Positions 61,485 through 64,000 of a stretch of 64,000 nucleotides of DNA are shown in pieces. The position numbers and the translations under genes were made by a program. Where the stretch lies: assembly GCF_006345805.1 (NCBI RefSeq), contig NC_043011.1:21402464-21466463 (forward strand), read 5' to 3'. Each line of letters begins with the position of its first letter. Position 1 is the first letter of the stretch. This stretch comes from Octopus sinensis (Eukaryota). Below the pieces are notes generated by a model. The model was not told the origin of the DNA and made no database searches. It worked only from the letters and a program-made list of their open reading frames with translations.

Positions 61485-62215
61485 AGGGGAGGAGAAGGAC
61501 GAGGGGGATGAGAAGGACGAGTGGGAGGAAAAGGACAGCGACAACGACGACAATGAGGAGGAGGAGGAGGAGGAGGAGGAGAAGGAGGAGGATGTGGAAG
61601 AGGAGGAAGAGGAAGTGGAGGAGAACGTGGAGGACGAAGAGGACGAGGAAGAGGAGGATGAAGGAGGAGGATGAAGAGGAGGAGGATGAAGAGGAGGAGG
61701 ATGAAGAGGAGAAAGAGGAAGAGGAGGAAGAGGAAGAGGAGAAAGAGGAAGAGGAGAAAGAGGAAGAGGAGAAAGAGGAAGAGGAGGAGGAAGAGGAGGA
61801 AGAGGAAGAGGAGAAAGAGGAAGGGGAGGAGGAAGAGGAGGACGAGGAAGAGGAGGACGAGGAATAGGAGGACGAGGAAGAGGAGGACGAGGAATAGGAG
61901 GAAGAGGAATAGGAGGACGAGGAAGAGGAGGACGAGGAAGAGGAGGACGAGGAAGAGGAGGAAGAGGAATAGGAGGACGAGGAAGAGGAGGAAGAGGAAT
62001 AGGAGGACGAGGAATAGGAGGAAGAGGAATAGGAGGAAGAGGAATAGGAGGAAAAGGAAGGGGAAGAAGAAGAAGAAGAAGAAGAAGAAGAGGAGGAGGA
62101 AGAAGAAGAAGAAGAAGAAGAAGACGAAGAAGAAGAAGAGGAAGAGGAAGAGGAAGAGGCAGAAGTGGCAGAGGAGGAGAAGGAGGAGGAGTAAGAAAAG
62201 GAGGAGGACGACGAC
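61485..62215. repeat. Purine-rich (GAG/GAA)n low-complexity tract
   Basis: ~730 bp of mostly G/A on the plus strand, with recurring GAGGAAGAGGAGGAC and GAATAGGAG units. Confidence 0.95.
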
Positions 62216-62867
62216 AATGATGATGATGATGATGATGATTATGGTGATGAAGAAGGCGACGATGACAGCAACGACGACAACGACGGTGATCCTAATGATG
62301 ATGTATCTCAAACAAATATCGCTATATAGCAATATGGATTGACTTGCATTAAGATTTACTACTTAATGGTCTCCTGGGAGGAGGGTGGGATGAAAGTGGT
62401 TCATGAATTCATAGCACTTCTGTATAATTTCTTCAATAGATTCAATAGATTCTTTGGACATTGCTTTTCTTCTGTGGATAATAATTTAATGATTTCGGCA
62501 AGAATCTTGTTTTCATTGAGTCGTCAGCCCAATTGATTAAAAGATTTTGTATTTTAATATTCAAAAGACGTGCTATTAATTAACAGATCAATTGAAATGA
62601 GGTCCAGGATTTGATACAAAGGAATTTATGGCATTAATTGAAACTTTACGTCGAGAGATGGGATTAGCAAGTGATTTAGTAATCAAGTATTAGAGGAGAT
62701 AATCCAAGCCTGCTCATAGGCAGAATCGTTAGAGCATCGAATAGCATGCTTCTTTGTATTCGTTCCCGTTCCGATTCTTCAATTTGGTTACAAATCCTGC
62801 TGAGGTCAACTTCGCCGTTTGTTCCTTCGGGCTCGATGAATCAAATACCTGTTCAATACAGGGATCG

Positions 62868-62956
<89 letters not shown>

Positions 62957-63257
62957 TTGTGTACTACAAATATCCAGCTTTGTGACACTGAGTCACGCTG
63001 ATTCGGCCTAGGAATTTTGTTATGTATGTATGTATGTGTATGTAGAATTCTAGGCCTTTTACACGTTAATTTCACTTCTAGGAATCCAGTTGGTGGAACA
63101 ACTGAATGTCCATCGGTGATTTATTTCTTTGGTACCAGGCCACAAACTTGTGGAACGAGATATAGGACTTGTATTTATTTGTTTGCTGCTGCAGCTGCTG
63201 CTTGTTTGTTTGTTTGCTTGTTGGGAGAAGTCCGAAACGTCGTCCTTTGCTATTCGT

Positions 63258-63540
63258 AAGACCCGCAGAAGAGAAAGCAGGTCAACCCTCGACACCGGGA
63301 GCATCGACGGATGGATGAATGCGCATCCAGGCTCAGCGGTTGTGTAGGAAGTCGGGGACAAGAAACAGGAAGAAAGAGTGAGAGAGAGTTGGAGCGAAAG
63401 AGTACAACAGGGGTCGCCACCACCCCCTGCCGGAGCCTCGTGGAGCTTTAGGTGTTTTTGCTCAATAAACACACACAACGCCCGGTCTGGGAATCGAAAC
63501 CGCGAGTCCGCTGCCCTAACCATTGGGCCATTGCGCCTCC
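63258..63540 (-). mobile_element. SINE family C, further tail type
   Basis: Family C head on the minus strand; tail ...CCTGGATGCGCATTCATCCATCCGTCGATGCTCCCGGTGTCGAGGG. Confidence 0.85.
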
Positions 63541-63544
63541 TGCT

Positions 63545-64000
63545 GCTGCTGCTGTTGTTGTTGTTGTTGTTGTTTAGTGCTAATGCCCTTCTTATTGTGC
63601 AAGGGTATTTGGTCAAGGGTATTCAAGCCGTGAACATTCTGCCTTCTATCAATATCCAAATGTCCTTCATTATTTACGACGCTTGGGTGCCATTTAGGGG
63701 GGATTTTGCAGTCATTTATGACAGATAGAACGATCGCTTAGAGTCTCTATTTCTAGCAGGTCGGGCAACTTCATACAGGCTCCTTTGTCTGCTTGTTACA
63801 GATGTTGACAGTCAGCCTTGGTTGATGAGACTTTTCAGCAAACATTCCGTCTTTTATACATAAACTATCCTGGACTGCGTGATTCAGAACCTCCTGTATT
63901 TCACACTTTGTGTGTCCTATGATATTTTCATGACGGCCACGCGTCATATATATGGTGCACATTCCCAATGTTTTTGAACCACTGAAGAGTAACTTGGAAC
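63545..64000 (-). mobile_element. Possible LINE 3' end with (CAA/CAG)n tail
   Basis: Complex sequence ending on the minus strand in AACAACAACAGCAGC; no diagnostic motif read. Confidence 0.3.

Noticed and set aside
61310-62342. Long poly-E, poly-R/K, poly-S and poly-L/F ORFs
   Set aside because: All are frames of one GAG/GAA low-complexity tract; the Glu frame has internal stops and no unique domain.
62380-62520. Minus-strand RLNENKILAEIIKLLSTEEKQCPKNLL... as a host exon
   Set aside because: Stop codon immediately upstream, no acceptor AG, internal 9-bp duplication, no recognisable family.

Overview
AT-rich, repeat-saturated eukaryotic DNA with one 100-N scaffold gap (44715-44814). It is very probably a coleoid cephalopod (Octopus-like), judged from SINE families I recognise; this is unverified. 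I can support no host gene exon, rRNA, tRNA gene or CRISPR array, and nearly all supplied ORFs are microsatellite artefacts. The window holds dozens of tRNA-derived SINEs (three head types), a 5'-truncated RTE/BovB-type LINE with a ~65-70 bp target duplication, other RTE, RLE-type (R4/Dong-like) and CR1-like LINE relics, mariner and pogo-like MITEs, and Helitron-like ends. The main hidden signal is about 12 minimal type-I hammerhead-ribozyme motifs read by eye (stem I / CUGANGA / stem II / GAAA / palindromic stem III / NUH). They lie in short non-coding cassettes with no similarity to each other that I can see outside the core, almost all abutting (TA)n tracts. Five cassettes are fold-back elements and three carry two divergent hammerheads. 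This resembles Penelope-like-element pLTRs or retrozymes, but no Penelope ORF is present. There are also two near-perfect (TA)n-centred palindromes, a 92-bp perfect palindrome and several template-switch inversions. All folds and alignments were done by eye.
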